This document shows, in pieces, positions 24,696-39,100 of a DNA stretch of 64,000 nt. The position numbers were made by a program, and so were the translations under genes. The notes below the pieces were generated by a model. The model had not been told where the DNA came from and did no database searches. It saw nothing but the letters and a program-made list of their open reading frames with translations. Each line of letters begins with the position of its first letter. Position 1 is the first letter of the stretch. Source of the DNA: Azolla caroliniana (Eukaryota > Plantae > Polypodiophyta); assembly GCA_043228905.1 (NCBI GenBank), contig JBHGNT010000008.1:1488001-1552000 (forward strand). The letters are read 5' to 3'.

Positions 24696-27600
24696 ATTGA
24701 GCAATCAAAAGCAAACTCAGATACATTCTTTTTAGGCAGAGATGATTTTATGTGGTGAAATTTCTCTCTTGACTGTTTCATCTTTATTCCTGATGTAACT
24801 GTTATTAAAAATAGAGCTCTGATAGCCGAAATACTTACGTTACATATGAAAATTTTTCCATGGTTTTGGACTTTCGGCAGGATCTCCAATACTTGAGGAA
24901 ACAAAAAAGATGATTTATCAGTGTATAAATTTATGGGGTCAACAATGAAGAGGAGCAACAATTGAATCTGTTTAAATTGCGGACAATTTTCCTTATTAAT
25001 TATTGCTCTTGGCAACATTTCTCATCTTTGGCGATGCTTTTCCACATCTTACAGCACTGCTTTTTAATACTTCGGGGGTGGTTTCATATCTTCGATCTAA
25101 TGTCTGGCTATTCTTGGCAGTGAAATTAATAATAAAATATGCATTGTAGGTAGGTAAGGTTGTTAACAAAGTGGTATTTGTTGAGTTGGCATCATGTAAA
25201 TATGATTTAAGATGGAAGCTGAAGAAAAAATCGGATAAGAGATGACGTCGGGATATAGGTATTTCAACATCAATCAAATGGTATCCTCCCCCCTCTAAAA
25301 AAATAAAAAAATATCCTTTATATCTGTAATTTAACTCACTCCATATGAAATTGCATACACATAAATAGTGATTCACTGTTTTATTTTGAGCATAACTACG
25401 GAAAGTACTAGAATGGAAAACTAGTGAGAATGATACTAGTGGTCATGTTTTTCTGAAAATGCCAGTATTTTGATGCAAGCATATGGTGACATGTGTGTTC
25501 ACCCACCTAATATCTTACTTTTACTTTATTTCAAAATAGATGGCTACTTTGTGTAAACAAGATGCTTTGCCCCTGATGTTTTTGTGAAATTTCTCAAACA
25601 AGGTCCATCATGCCATTTACTTCTTTTGACTTTGCATTTATGTCATTTCATGGGGATGGTGGTAGAGAAATCTTGAATTTTGTCCTTCAATGTGAAATGA
25701 ACTGATGTTATTCTGGTTAGCCAATTGGGAAATCTTGAATTTTGTCCTGAAGTGTGAAATGAGCTGATGTTATTCTCTATCTCTACTCTGGTCCCATAGG
25801 TCAAAATTGGCCTCTTTATGGATGATAAAAATTCTAATTCTAATTATGTTTCTTCTTTTTGTTTATGTTCTGTGCTTCTTATGTGTCATATTGTATATAC
25901 TTGTATGTGTATCGTTGTCCCCATATTTAATAAATGCCACTAATTCCATTGCTAAGCTAAAAATGGAACCATTTTTATCTTATTAGTTAAAGAATCATCA
26001 CAATACAAAAATTATTTGATAAGTGATTTTTGTAAACAACAAGATTAAAACCTAGATTAATCATACAACAATTAAACACCTCCATGAGCAAACATGCAAA
26101 TGGAGAAACATGTTTGCTAGCCATAATCAACTTGGTAAATAGTTATAGTAATATATGATTTGCATGACATACATATGATGCCAGAGTCTTTGCAATGTCC
26201 ATATGGTCTACAAAATGATATTAAGTAGTGGTTGGAACTATTGAGTTAGTATTGTAGGTGTAGAGTTTAAATATCTAGCAGAGTGGCATGAATTAAGGAG
26301 TATTTTAACATCTTTTGTACCACACTAAAACTCTTTTATCCAGTTTTATTTTCAATGATTGGGTACACATCCCATTTCCAATTGTGACATGGGCCAAATT
26401 TGGTCTTAGAAGACGTTAATATATCTTTCTTTCTTTTCTTTCTCCTCTATTGATCTATTGATTACTTAACCTCGATCAACATATAAACACAAGAAGCATA
26501 AACCAATGTATGCTCACTACCAAGGTCACACCCCAAAATATGATAATTGTGTGGACAAAAATGAAATGTAGTACATTATATTGCATGGTTGTTATTGCGT
26601 AAAAGCCTATTCTCGTGCAAATAAAACTCAAGGCATCTTTATTCCAAGATGTTTATATACAACATGCTTTAGGTGGTCTCCGCACAGTATAGGCTCGTGT
26701 TGAATTCCCAACAATTACAATGATTGAAGTGCAATAAATGTATGCTTGCTAGAAGAGAATCTTCCCAAGTTGACGGAAGTGCTATGAATCAAGCACCAAC
26801 GATAGATAGTCGATGGAAGGGCAACCACCCAATAGGGCCAACAATCACATCTGAACGTAATATAACTACACCTGAACTTGTAGCAACCCCAAGCCCATCA
26901 CATACCATAGAAGTGAAAACAACAATGGGCATCATTGTGACTTGAGTTGGATCCTATACATTCACTTAAACAAACCATGGGTACCTACACAAATCATGGG
27001 TATGTTTATTCATATGATAAACTTAATACCTCACATACATGTGTTCATTAAGAACCCCTTTGTCATACACTTTTTTTAAGAATGTAACTACCTTATGGCC
27101 ATGTTTAAGAGCATTCAATGTAAAGTGATAAGTGCATGTATTTTCAAAAACCTACAAAATGGATTTGATTCAAAACCACTCATGTGATACCCTTAGGCAT
27201 AACATTGTAACCACCCATGTCGATGTCTAAAGCAAAGGGATAGGTGCACTTTTTTCCAGACACTACAATTGATTGATATTCTTGTCTACATTTGGCTTTT
27301 CATTTACCTCATTAGGAAGAACGATTGGCATGATAAGTTATTTGTGTTTCTTTGACAAGTTTGTTTTAACATATGAGAAGCATAACATTGTCATTCTCAA
27401 AGTGTATGGTATGATATTTTCAAACGTTTATGAACCCTTTGAACCGAAATGTATGATGCCATACATTCAAAACATGAGATAAAGGACCTTGGGTAATATT
27501 TTTTAGTACTAAAGGCACAAACACAAGGCTTGTTTTTATTAATTGTTTTACTTTTACTTTTACTTTTTCTCTTTTTCCTACTAGGAAGAGAAACACTTTA

Positions 27601-27987
27601 TATCCTATGTGTTCTACCTATGTGTTCTAGATAGGTGTTGTGTGTGTGGTTTGTTCTACAAAATAGACCGTTCCTTTCCCTTGCTTTCACGTTTGATCAA
27701 TTCTAGGTTCTTTTATTGAATGCACCAATACCTACACAAATAAATCCATTTGCTCAATCCAAGTTAATCATATTCAACCCATCTGCATATAGATGCTTAA
27801 CAATGAGGCTGAATACACGGATCAAACTTGGATTGTCTTCATTTCATGGAAATAATACAGAGAAACGTAGGGCACATTCGATATGGTGTAGGAAATGTAA
27901 CCAGACAACAAAAGAAAAAACATTATATACACACACTCCTCATGGTTGTTTTTTGTCAAATATAATGTTTGCTTATTTCTTTTGGTT

Positions 27988-28500
27988 TAAGGTAGTCGAG
28001 ACTATTCATGTCATGAGTAATCTCTCATAATCAACAATAGTTGACAAAAGCGCTATATATCATTGATACTACTTAGAAGATTCATTTATACTCACACTCC
28101 TCAACAATGGTTTTCATATATGAAGTTCTTCAAATATGATTTGCTTAGTTCTTCCCGTTTTTAAGGTAGTCTAGACTATTCATGTCATGAGTTATCTCAC
28201 ATAAACAACCATAGTCGATGGAAGTGCTTAGGTGCTATAAATAATTGATACTACTTGGAGGTGCATTGGATGGGAATCAAACATGGGTCTATACCACTAG
28301 ACCACCAATGCACGCAATATATATTTTGATGCCTTGACATTGTCAATGCAAATCAACATCTGATTCATACAATCTCAAGGAAATTGTGGTGTTAAAAATG
28401 GGCATGTTTTTAGGGTTTGTAAGCTTGTCCAAACTATACATGTCTTTAGGCATCTCATGTAATCAATGACAGTCAATGGAATCGCTATATATAGTTGCGT
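27988..28500 (+). repeat. Degenerate tandem repeat, three units
   Basis: TAAGGTAGTC.AGACTATTCATGTCATGAG recurs at about 27988 and 28162, with a diverged copy at about 28420. Confidence 0.6.
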
Positions 28501-29262
28501 GATGCATTTAACAATGGATGGGTAGCCAAATTCCATACTTGCCTTTATGGGCACTCTTAAGAAGGGTTAGGGTGGTTATAGACCATCGGCCATCCCCTAG
28601 TGAAGGAGAGAAATGCATCCAAGCCTCTTTTCAATTTTCCATACCATTGAGTATGGACATGGATTGTACCTTGTGTTTGAAGGAGGAACACACGTATGCA
28701 CCTAGAGCTTTGATACACTAATAGAGTCTCCCCTTCACGAAGCTGGCTAGCCTTCTTTTCTAGGCTTAAACCCTAGGACCATGTCTATTCACACTTGACT
28801 ATATCATTGGAAGTGGTCAAGTTATGAAATACTCAAGGTACCTCTCACCATTGGATTTGAGAATAACTCAATCCTTAATTCTCATTCCTTATGAAATAGC
28901 CCACACTTAGTAATAATCTTAATGTTAGAGAACTAGAGTTCATTATACCATGTGGTTATGCTTGTAAACTTGACCCTCTTAAGTGTCAAGAAAGGATCAT
29001 TCGAGTACTTGGGGTGATTGTATAGTCATATTTAGGAACCATTATTGTCATAAAATGCATGCTTATTCGAGTATACCTGCTAGCATAATCTTGACATGGA
29101 TCATGGTTTTGTTCCACTTTATAAGTAAGAAGTCATTAGCAATAAACAAGCTTTAATATATTAAAATCAAGAATTAATTGTTGGAATACTTGACATGGAA
29201 TAGTGTTGGGATTCTAAATTGGGAACAATCAAGTGGCAGAATTTGTCGATTAACGAGGAGTT

Positions 29263-31230
29263 TTAAGCATCACCAGACTGAAATGACTCGATCGGCAAAC
29301 ATGCAAACGGAGAAAGATGCGTAGATATGCCGCCATCGACAGTGATAATAGTTCCTGTGATGTATGATGCACTTGGCATACACATGAATGCCACGACATG
29401 TGCAATCTCGGACGGATCCGCAAGACGCCGCAATGGAATGCGCTCTTGTAACGCTCCCCTAATCTCTATTGACATCTGAACATAAACAAAAAAACACAGT
29501 CTTCCAATGGGGATCTAAAGTCCCAAAAAACAAACATGATTATGATGAGGAGAAGAATAATTGATAGATTAGATAGATAGATAGATTCTATTATTGTCTT
29601 TGGAAGTCAAATAATGATGCATGAGAAGGTGAAAGTGATAATACTTTCTGATTTGCAGGCGTTATGGTGTACCCCGGAGCAATAACATTCACTCGGATGT
29701 TGTCTTTGGCCCATTCGAAGGCTAAATCTTGTCCCAGTTGATTAACTGCGCCTAAACAATTTCATCCAAATAGATACAGTGAGTCAAGCATATGTCAGTT
29801 ACAGTTATTCAGGATATGTCAGTTCAAGCATATGTCAGTTCAGGATATGTCAGTTATTCAGGATATGTCAGTGAATTAAGAAGTCTAAGAGAAAGCATGA
29901 AATAACACACAAGCCACAAGGCCTTCCATTTTTACCTTTACTGATACTGTAAGCACTGGATTGGAGACCAAGTACTGATGAGCCGGCAATGGAGGAATTA
30001 AAGACAATGGAGCCCTTCCCATTTGCTTTCATCAAAGGATGGGCAAGCTGGCTTAAATGTAGTCCAGCCTCGAGGTTCGCAGCCATTACTTCGGAGAAAC
30101 TTGTCAGTGGCAAATCCAATGCGGTCGAGATAATGCCAAAGCCCACATTATTCACCTGGTTTCAAGAAGAAAGAAGAAATTTAGACAGGTTGGTTAGAAT
30201 TTAGAGTTTAGGGTTAGGGTTAGGGTTTAGATTTATTGTTAGGGGTTAGGGTTTGAGCTACAGTTTCCCAATGATTCTCATTCACTTTAAATATATGGAA
30301 CATGGATTATGAATATATTGAGGGGTGAGGAGAGATCCACCAGGATGTCAAGCTTCGAGGAGAAGCGGAGGGCAACTTGAGCCATGAGTTGCTTCCGATC
30401 CTCTGCCACTGAGACATCGCAAACAGAGCCATGGATGCTTCCACTCCATGTAGCACTCGCATACTCGGCGAGGCATTTCTCCAAGTCTTCACTTGTGCGT
30501 GCACACACCCACACGTGTGCCCCGAGCTGTGCTAACTCTTCTGCTATCGCACGCCTGCAGGTTGCAACATACAATTTTAGTCATCAGTAGAGAAATCCAT
30601 TCATTCTCAATGGAGGAATTTTAGTTTTGCCAAATTTTGGCTAATTTGAAGGGAAAAGTGATGGCAAGGGCAGGGATCGGAGAAAATACTCAAGAGATTG
30701 GATCATAGACTTCTTGAATCCCAATTTTAAAATGGAGATACAAGTGCAGTTAGGAACTGTAATCATGTGAAGGAAACATTTGGATGAGTTCTGTGCTTTT
30801 TTTAGCTCCCATTGTGACTGAAATTATTTGTTGATCTCAGAAAATTATATGTCATGCCATGCAACAAACAAAGGAGCTAGTGTCATCAGCTAAGCTAGAT
30901 TTTGACACAGAGTTTTTGAGTGATTCATATACCATGTCAGCCATGGCTGCACCCTTTTTCATACCACAAAATAAACCCTAATCCTTGCCATTGTTCTAAT
31001 CCCAGACTGCCAAATATGTAATCACATTGGATTATTGGATATTAGGTCTTGACCTATATATGTAGTTATCTCGATGGATTTGGATCGATCTCATACATGA
31101 CCGGACATACATTTATAGATAAACACAAAGAGAGATTTTACCCGATGCCTTTGGTGGCTCCGGTCACAAGAGCTGTACAGCCCTTTAAGTTCCATGGATC
31201 TGTTGGAAAGCTCCTTCCACTTGACGACAT
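29263..31230 (-). CDS. Tropinone reductase-like short-chain dehydrogenase/reductase, 5 exons (31230-31142, 30554-30341, 30155-29936, 29751-29645, 29475-29263), 280 aa
   Basis: [40 protein letters not shown] (YxxxK), [28 protein letters not shown]. All introns are GT-AG with consistent phases; total 843 nt. Confidence 0.92.
30200..30258 (+). repeat. Short telomere-like TTAGGG/TTTAGGG tract in SDR intron 2
   Basis: TTTAGGGTTAGGGTTAGGGTTTAG...TTAGGGGTTAGGGTTT. Confidence 0.7.
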
Positions 31231-31825
31231 CTCTGTCCAAAAGAATAAAAGATGAGACCTAAAATTGGCCAAATGAGAAGCTGGAGTGGACAGGTACAAT
31301 CCTATCCCTGTTTGCTTTGCTTTATACAAGACAGGAGTGATGAGATCCTTATCACTTTACGTGGAATGCTCTTACATACGACAAATTAAAGGAGGGTAGG
31401 TTCTCCTGAAAAAGGGGGATAGGGAATTAGTGGTCCAAAAAAGACCACAATGGCAACAACATCAAGAAAATGAATTATGGTTTGACATTCGATTAATATA
31501 TACACCATTTTCTCAATGAATCAGATGTAAGGTTCAAGACATCAAAGCTATGCAAGCAACATGGCATTTATATGGAATAGTGAATTATGATTGGCATTAC
31601 ATTAATATATGACAGCAGGAAATCATTCACTCCGAGAGTGATATATGAAAGTTGTTGGGTTAGACATGGATGACCCCTCTGAAGGAAATGGATGTGACAT
31701 ATTCAAGGTCAAATCACAGGTTTTCTATTGAAATTCATATGATATGCAATGCCTTTTGGTTGAACAAACAGAGATATATAAAGATATACAATGGCTTATA
31801 TTCATATATATGAAGCATTCATTAC

Positions 31826-31914
31826 CCGATGCCTTTGGTTGCGCCAGTGACGAGAGAGGTTTGGCCCTTCAAGCTCCATGGATCTGCAAGGTTGCTCCTG
31901 TCCTTAGAAGACAT
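31826..31914 (-). CDS. Second (upstream) copy of SDR exon 1
   Basis: [30 protein letters not shown]; 89 nt, same length and phase as 31230-31142; donor GG|GTAAT. Confidence 0.75.
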
Positions 31915-32100
31915 CTGTGCAATTTCTCTTCATACCTGTCCTGTCTATGTATGTATGTATGTACATATATATAGCTCTTCCCTAAAAGAGTCCAAAGAAA
32001 CGAATGAATTTTTGCTTGTCTTTTGCTTCTTATTTAAAAGAAGGTTTTAACAATTGAAAACGCAAGGGGACTCATGGGACACCATATCGTATTGTATCGT

Positions 32101-33090
32101 TGTCATGCCTTTTGGCGCCAGATCGTTGCGTGAGTCGGGTGGGAACCGCTGGGGTTTTGGACTAGGAGGAGGAGAGTTTTTAAGGCTAATAAGAATATAA
32201 ATAGATTTTAAGAAAGTGATATAGAAACCTCGTGAATCCCACGAGTCTATTGTATTAGATTATTCAATATTAAGATAAGAATATGAATTTGGATTAAAAG
32301 AGAGATATTAAAAACTTGTGCATCCCACAAGTATAGATTATTAGATTTATTAATATTTAGAATCCTAGTAACAATTTATCATAGATTGGAAGAGATAGAT
32401 TATATAAAACTTCGTGAATCCCACAATTATATTTTATTAATTGGTGTTTTAGGAAATATATCCAATTTCCAAATATTCCACACCCCCTATTACATTGTGC
32501 TCCCCATCCTTATATAGTGATGAGAGAGTCTTAATAGTCCATGCTTTTTCTCTAACAATAGACTATATTCTTTATCTAACATGCCTTTTTCTAAAGTGAT
32601 CTTGCTTTTTCTAACTTGATGTTTTTTTATCGACTATAGTGTTCATGCATGCTAGATGTGCATGTGTAGCTTTTTCTCTTATCATGCGTTTTCTTCTAAC
32701 TAAAGTTTATCCTAGTGTGCACTTACCTTTCTATGTTAGTGTAATGGTAAGGCTTTACATTATTAACATGGAGGTATAGGGTTTGAATCCTGTCCTATGC
32801 ATGTAACAATCTTTTTTATTATTTACAAATTTGTCTCTTCATCCGGTGAGAGACTCTTACCGGCCTTCTTTATCCAGCTCTTGCCGATTCTACTTGATCT
32901 GGTTCTTACCGGGTCCTCCTTGCCAGTTCCTCATTCATCCGGTTCTCCTTACCGGGTTCTCCTTACCGGTTCCTCCTTGCCGATTCTTCCTTCATCCGGT
33001 TCTCACCAGTTCTTTTTACCGATTCCTCCTTGTCCCATCCGGAGGGACAAAAATGCAATTTTCTCATAGTGTGCGAATTACACTATGACA
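32101..33090 (-). mobile_element. Solo LTR (~990 bp) inserted in a GTAT(A/C/T) pentamer microsatellite
   Basis: Termini TGTCAT...ATGACA; flanking direct repeat TCGT; minus-strand TATATAAG at about 32510-32516; internal CCGG-rich repeats. Confidence 0.7.
32737..32790 (+). promoter_or_regulatory. tRNA-like A/B-box module inside the solo LTR
   Basis: TAGTGTAATGGTAAGG ... GGAGGTATAGGGTTTGAATCC, span 54 nt. Confidence 0.6.
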
Positions 33091-33168
33091 TCGTATCATA
33101 TTGTATAGTATAGTATCGTATCATACGCTATTGTATAGTATCATATGGTATTGTATAGTATCGTACGG

Positions 33169-36100
33169 TATTCAAAGACACAAGAGGAGCATGATTCTCA
33201 TGTACTATTAGTATTAAGACGACGACGAGAACATGGTCTTTATGCAAAGCTAGAAAAGTGTAGCTTTGATTCTACCCAAGTGGAATTTCTAGGCTATGCC
33301 ATCTCATCGGAAGGCATCTCTATGGATCCAGCTAAACACTATGTTGGAGTGGCAGACTCCACGTTCATTGCGAGATGTGCAATGCTTTTTAGGTTTCGCA
33401 AACTTCTATTGCAAGTTTATACAGGACTACTCAAAGCTTATTTTGCCGCTCACACAACTTACAAAGAAGGGGCAATCATTTGTTTGGACTAAGGAAGGAG
33501 GGACGACTTTTGAAGGTCTCAAGAAAGCATTTACATGAGCTCCTGTTTTAGCTCATGTTGATCCACAGAAACTATTTATCATTGAAGTAGAAACGTCGGA
33601 TTTCGCCCTCGGTAGTATTTTGTCACAACAAGGTAACAATGAGAAGCTACATCCCTTGGCTTTCCACTCGTGCAATTTTGACGCCGCTGAAATCAATTAC
33701 GAGATACATGACAAGGAGCTCTTAGTAATAGTGGACTCTTTTGCATAATGGAGGCAGTTTTTAGAAGGATCTCCTCATCAAGTCAATGTATTCAATGATC
33801 ACAAGAATCTTGACTACTTCCAGAATGCTCGCGTATTAAATAGACGTCAAGCTCGGTGGGCCCAATTCCTCACTTGTTTTGACTTCAAGATTACATATCA
33901 TCGGATGCATTATCATGATGATCATATCTAGCTCCTCATCCTAGTGATCTGGCCTTCGACAATCAAAAGCAAGTAATCTTGCGTCTGGCATAACTTCAAG
34001 CACGTGGGTCTTTGACACCATTGGATTTCCGCATTATCGATACCATACGTGAAGACTTGAAGACATATGTTTTCGCTCAAGTTATTCTAGATCAAATTGA
34101 TCCTTCTCGGGCATCTTGTTCATGATCACAACAACCGGGTATATATTATTAGCAATTCAAATGTCATAATGGATTACTCTTCTTTAAGAAACTTTTGTAT
34201 GTTCCCAATGGTTCGTGCCGCCTTCAAATAGTACAAAATTGTTGAGCGGCAAGCTCAATTGGAGCCGGATCAGCTGAATAAGCCTGAGCCGGCAAGCGAG
34301 ACGGATCGGTAAGTCGTGAGCAACCGAGCCGGCAAGCAACAGAGCCGGTGAGCTGGGGAGCCGGTTAGCCGGATCCAATCAATAACCGGAAGCCTAGTAT
34401 TAGTGTAGACTACTAGGCAATTATAGTCTTGTAGTAAGTGTCAGATGCTCGTGTGAGCATTGAAGTACGCGCTACTTCTGTCAGTCCCATGAGGACTTGT
34501 ATAAATAGTGCTACTAAGCATAGTTGTAAATATAGAGTAATTATATCAGTTTTTGAATATAGCTTTTACGTTCTGCTCTCTTTGTCTCTCCCGTGTACTA
34601 TGTGTATTCCCTACTTTCTCTGTTTTCTAATGCTTCCGCAAGTAATCGTTTACATGGTATGAGAGCGCGAGGGTTGAGAACCTCTGCAGCCGACAAACGC
34701 TTGAAAGCAAACCCTAACAAGTCGTAAGAACAACAGACAGAGAAGTGATGGATAGAGGAATGGCTAGCTCGCCCCCTGTGGAGAAACTCGACAGATCCAA
34801 CTTTGCATCTTGGTCGTATAAGATGCACCGGTACCTGCTTGGGCATGGCTACTGGAGTTTCGTTGAAGGAGCCAATGAAACAACACCTGATGCGGCACAT
34901 AAGTACTTCCCAGTGTGGGAACAATCGGCAAGCAGAGTGATGTATTGCTTCGCGTCCAGTGTCGGAGACCAGCTGTTGAGCCACATCCGAGACGCCAAGA
35001 CGCCGAAGGAGGATTGGGGGAACCTGAAGAAGGTTTTCGCTGTGAGCACTACAGCCTGGAAGCTGCAACTCCGATAGGAGTTGAGCAATGTCCGACAGAA
35101 GGACATGTTGGTGGCGGATTACACGACCCATATCAAAGAGATTTGTGATTCGCTTGCCTCTATCAACGTTACCGTAGAGGAAGACGAGATGGTACAGGTC
35201 TGTCTTGGGGGCCTGGCGTCTAAGTTCTGAGCATTCCGAACGGTGGTGTGTACAAGGGAGAATACGCCGTCATTTTTCGACTTACAGTCGATGCTCCTTG
35301 TAGAGGAGAACCACGCCGGTGCGTCAACTAGCGCACCCATTGACAACCGGATGTTGTACATGGAGGCGGATCGGTCCCGTGGGCGTGGTGGACGAGGCGG
35401 GTCGGCACGCAATGGAGGCGGCCGACAAGAGCAAGAACGAAGGCACAAAGAACGTGGCGACAGTAGTTCCGGGACTCCCACAGGTAGGGGGAGTCATGGT
35501 GACACCAGAAGACGGCAAGAGAAGTCAACAACGGAATGCTGGTACTGTGGCAAAAAGGGCCACAGAGAAAGCGAGTGCTAGAGAAAATGAGCCGATTCGG
35601 ACAAATCCGGATCCGGCAAAGCTCGCACTATGCGAAGGGATCGGGAGGATCCAAGAACGGTAAAGGGCCAGCCTTTGTAATGAAGCACGAGGCGAACTCG
35701 ATGAAGAAGACCACTTCCAAATCGGAGGAAGTGTGGTATGTTGATTCCAGAGCGTCGAACCACATGACGAGCCACAAAGAGTGGTTCTCCTTTTTGGAAA
35801 AACCGGATAAACCAGGAGTAGTCGAAACCGGAGACGACACTCCTCACCCAATCGTGCACGTCGGAGAAGTCCCTTTGAGCCATGTCGGACAGAAGGGGAA
35901 GCTGATGAACGTATTACATGTTCCTACAATCATGAAGAACCTGGTGTCGGTCGGACAAATCATCGACCAAGGGATGCAGGTGCGGTTTATGCACCTCGGG
36001 TGCTTCATCGAGGAAGAGGGCCAGATGATTGCGCAAGGGCGCAGAGACGGGAGGATGTTTATCCTCGACACCAATGACGTTGGCAACACTATGTTTGTAA

Positions 36101-39100
36101 AAGGACAGAAGGTCGAATTGGACATCGACCTGTGGCACAAGGGGATAGGCCACGTCAATTACCGGAGGCTTCAAGACCTGCAAACGAAACAAGTTGTTTT
36201 CGGTTTGCCGAAGTTCAGCGGCCGGAAGACCCAAGTATGTGAAGCCTGCCAACTCGGGAAGCAACACCAGCTTCCATTCCCCACCGAATGTAACCGGAGC
36301 CGTAACAAGGTCGACCTAATCCATTTGGATGTGTGGGGATTGGCACATAATGTTAGTCTTGGCGGGAGTCGATATTTCGTCTCCTTCATTGACGACTATA
36401 TGCGGCACACATGGATCTACCTCATTGAGCGGAAGAGTGAAGTCTTCGAGTGTTTCCGGAGTCTCCAAAGCATGGTGGAACGGGAATAAGAGAGGAAGAT
36501 CAAATGCCTGTGGTCGGATGGCGGGAAAGAATACTTTTCCGGCCAATTCACAGTTATCTACAACAAACGGGAATTCGGCAAGAGTTCAGCTGCAGATACA
36601 CATCGCAACAGAACGGTGTTGCCAAGAGGAAGAACCGGTTGCTTATCGATGCAGCAAGGGCAATGCTGGAGGAGAAGAGCATGCCCAAATTCTATTGGGT
36701 GGAGGCAGTCCGAACGACTGTCTACATCCAGAACCGTATCGGTGACAAGGTGTCAGCTCACGAGCTGTATTTCGGGCGGAAGCCAAATTTGAGACACCTT
36801 AAGATCTTCGGTAGCATTGCATATGTGCATGTACTGGATGAGAAGCGGAGTAAGCTGGATGCAAAATCGGAAAAATGCATCCTAGTCGGCTATGCTCAAG
36901 AGCAAAAGGGTTATAAGTGTTATAACCACCAGACAAGGCAGGTCAGAGTTAGTCGAGATGTCGAGTTTGATGAATCGGCATCGTGGTACTCCCTACCGAC
37001 TCCGACTTACGAATATGACCCGATGCTGGAGGATGAGGCTAGTGAGCCTGAACCGGCCCAAGGAGAGGATGATGAAGTGTGGACTCAGGATGAGAGTCCG
37101 GAATCGTTCCGGTTGAGCAGGCCGAACAAGAGACTGAGTCAATCTGACTAGTCCGATGAGGAACCGGCGAGTAGTGGAGACTCTGCCGTGCACTCCCCGC
37201 GCAAGGAACCGAGGAGACGGTTCATGCGCAAAGAGAAGGGGAAGAAGAAGATGCCGGAATTTGAAACCGGCAACAATGAATCAGATCGGTGTGCATCTGA
37301 CTCCAGCAAGGAGAAAGGAGGATCTTCGACAGCGAAGACCGAACCGGCCAAGAAAGGCCTTAAGCCGGGTACCAATGAGTTACGCCAGTCCACCCGCCCG
37401 AAGGATCCCGTCAAGCGGTATGGGTACAATGAGTACATGGTGCATCACTATGCGTACATGACTAAGGTGGCGGAAGTGCGTGAGTCGAAGAGCTACGCAG
37501 AAGCGGCAAAGGATGCAAATTGGCATGCCGTTATGGAGGAAGAAATGCGGGCACTTGATGCTAACGAGACATGGGACCTGGTTGATCCTCCTCGTCACTG
37601 TAAACCGATCGGATGCAAGTGGTTGTACAAAGTAAAGTACAATGCCGACGGTTCAGTTAACCGGCCCAAGGCCCGGTTAGTGGCGAAGGGATATGCGCAG
37701 ACCCACGGAATCGACTACGATGAGACCTTCGCTCCTGTAGCGAAGATGACAATGGTTCGAGTGGTGTTGGCGGTTGCTGCGGCAAGGGGGTGGCATCTTC
37801 ATCAGATGGATGTGAAGAATGCATTTCTTCAAGGAGATCTTGAAGAAGAAGTCTTTATGACTCAGCCTCCCGTTTTTCAATCGGAGATGAACAAGTCGGT
37901 AGTATGTCGGCTGAAGAAGTTGTTGTACAGCCTGAAGCAAGCCCCTCGAGCTTGGAATGCGAAGATCACGCACCGGTTGCGTAAGATGGGGTTTGTGGCC
38001 TCCAAATCGGACTCTTCATTGTTCATCCGGCATGGCTCAGCCGGTCTGGTATGTATACTGCTGTATGTTGATGATCTAGTCATCATCGGACCGGGTGTTC
38101 CAAAAATCAACCGCGTTAAGTCCATGTTGTCAGACGCATTTGAGATGAAGGATCTGGGGGACCTTCATTATTTTCTAGGGATCGAGGTGATCCGAACCCC
38201 GGATGACATATTGCTCTCACAATGACATTACGTCTTGAATATGCTGTAGAAGTTCGGCATGACAGAATGCCGACCTGTATCCACACCCTTGGACCGGAAC
38301 CAGAAGCTTCGTCCCAACTCCGGACCGGCCTGCAACGAGAAACAGTTTCGCCAAATTGTCGAAAGGCTTATTTACTTGACTATCACGTGACCCGACATCA
38401 GCTATCCGGTCGGAATGATAAGTCAGTTCATGCAGAAGCCGACCATGGAGCACCTTCAGTGCGCGCAAAGTATTTTGCGGTATGTCAGCGGCACGAAGGA
38501 CCAGGGACTATTATACCGGTGAGGTATACCCGAAGAGCTTGTTGGTTACACGGATGCCGACTAGGCTGGCGATGCATCAGATTGCCGATCAACCTCCGGT
38601 TACATGTTTTCCCTAGTAGCGCGGCTGTTGCGTGGAGCAGCAAAAAGCAGTCAACAGTTGCTCTGTCGAGCACTAAGGCTGAGTATCGTGGCGCTACCCT
38701 TGCCACCTGTGAAGCCATTTGACTTCGGCGACTGCTGCAAGACCTACGGATCGAGGTCCCGACCCCGATTCTGGTCTACTGCGACAACATCAGCAGCATA
38801 AAACTCGCCAAGAACCCCGTATTCCATGCTCGCACAAAGCACATAGAAGTGCACTATCACTTCGTGTGTGAGCGTGTCCTGAGCGGTGAGGTCGAACTTC
38901 AGTATGTTCACACGGATCGGCAGGTTGCTGACATCTTCACCAAACCGCTCGGATCGGACAAGTTGCAGCACTTCACCGAAATGCTTGGTGTTTAGCATCT
39001 CGACGTGCTACACTTGAGGGGGAGAACGAGCAAAGACACCGGAACGGGCAAAGGCAAAGAGACGGCCGATTGCGCCGGTGAGGGAAGAATAGAAGGCGTT

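Noticed and set aside
30200-30258. Chromosome fusion scar
   Set aside because: Only a few degenerate telomeric units inside an intact intron, with no head-to-head arrangement.
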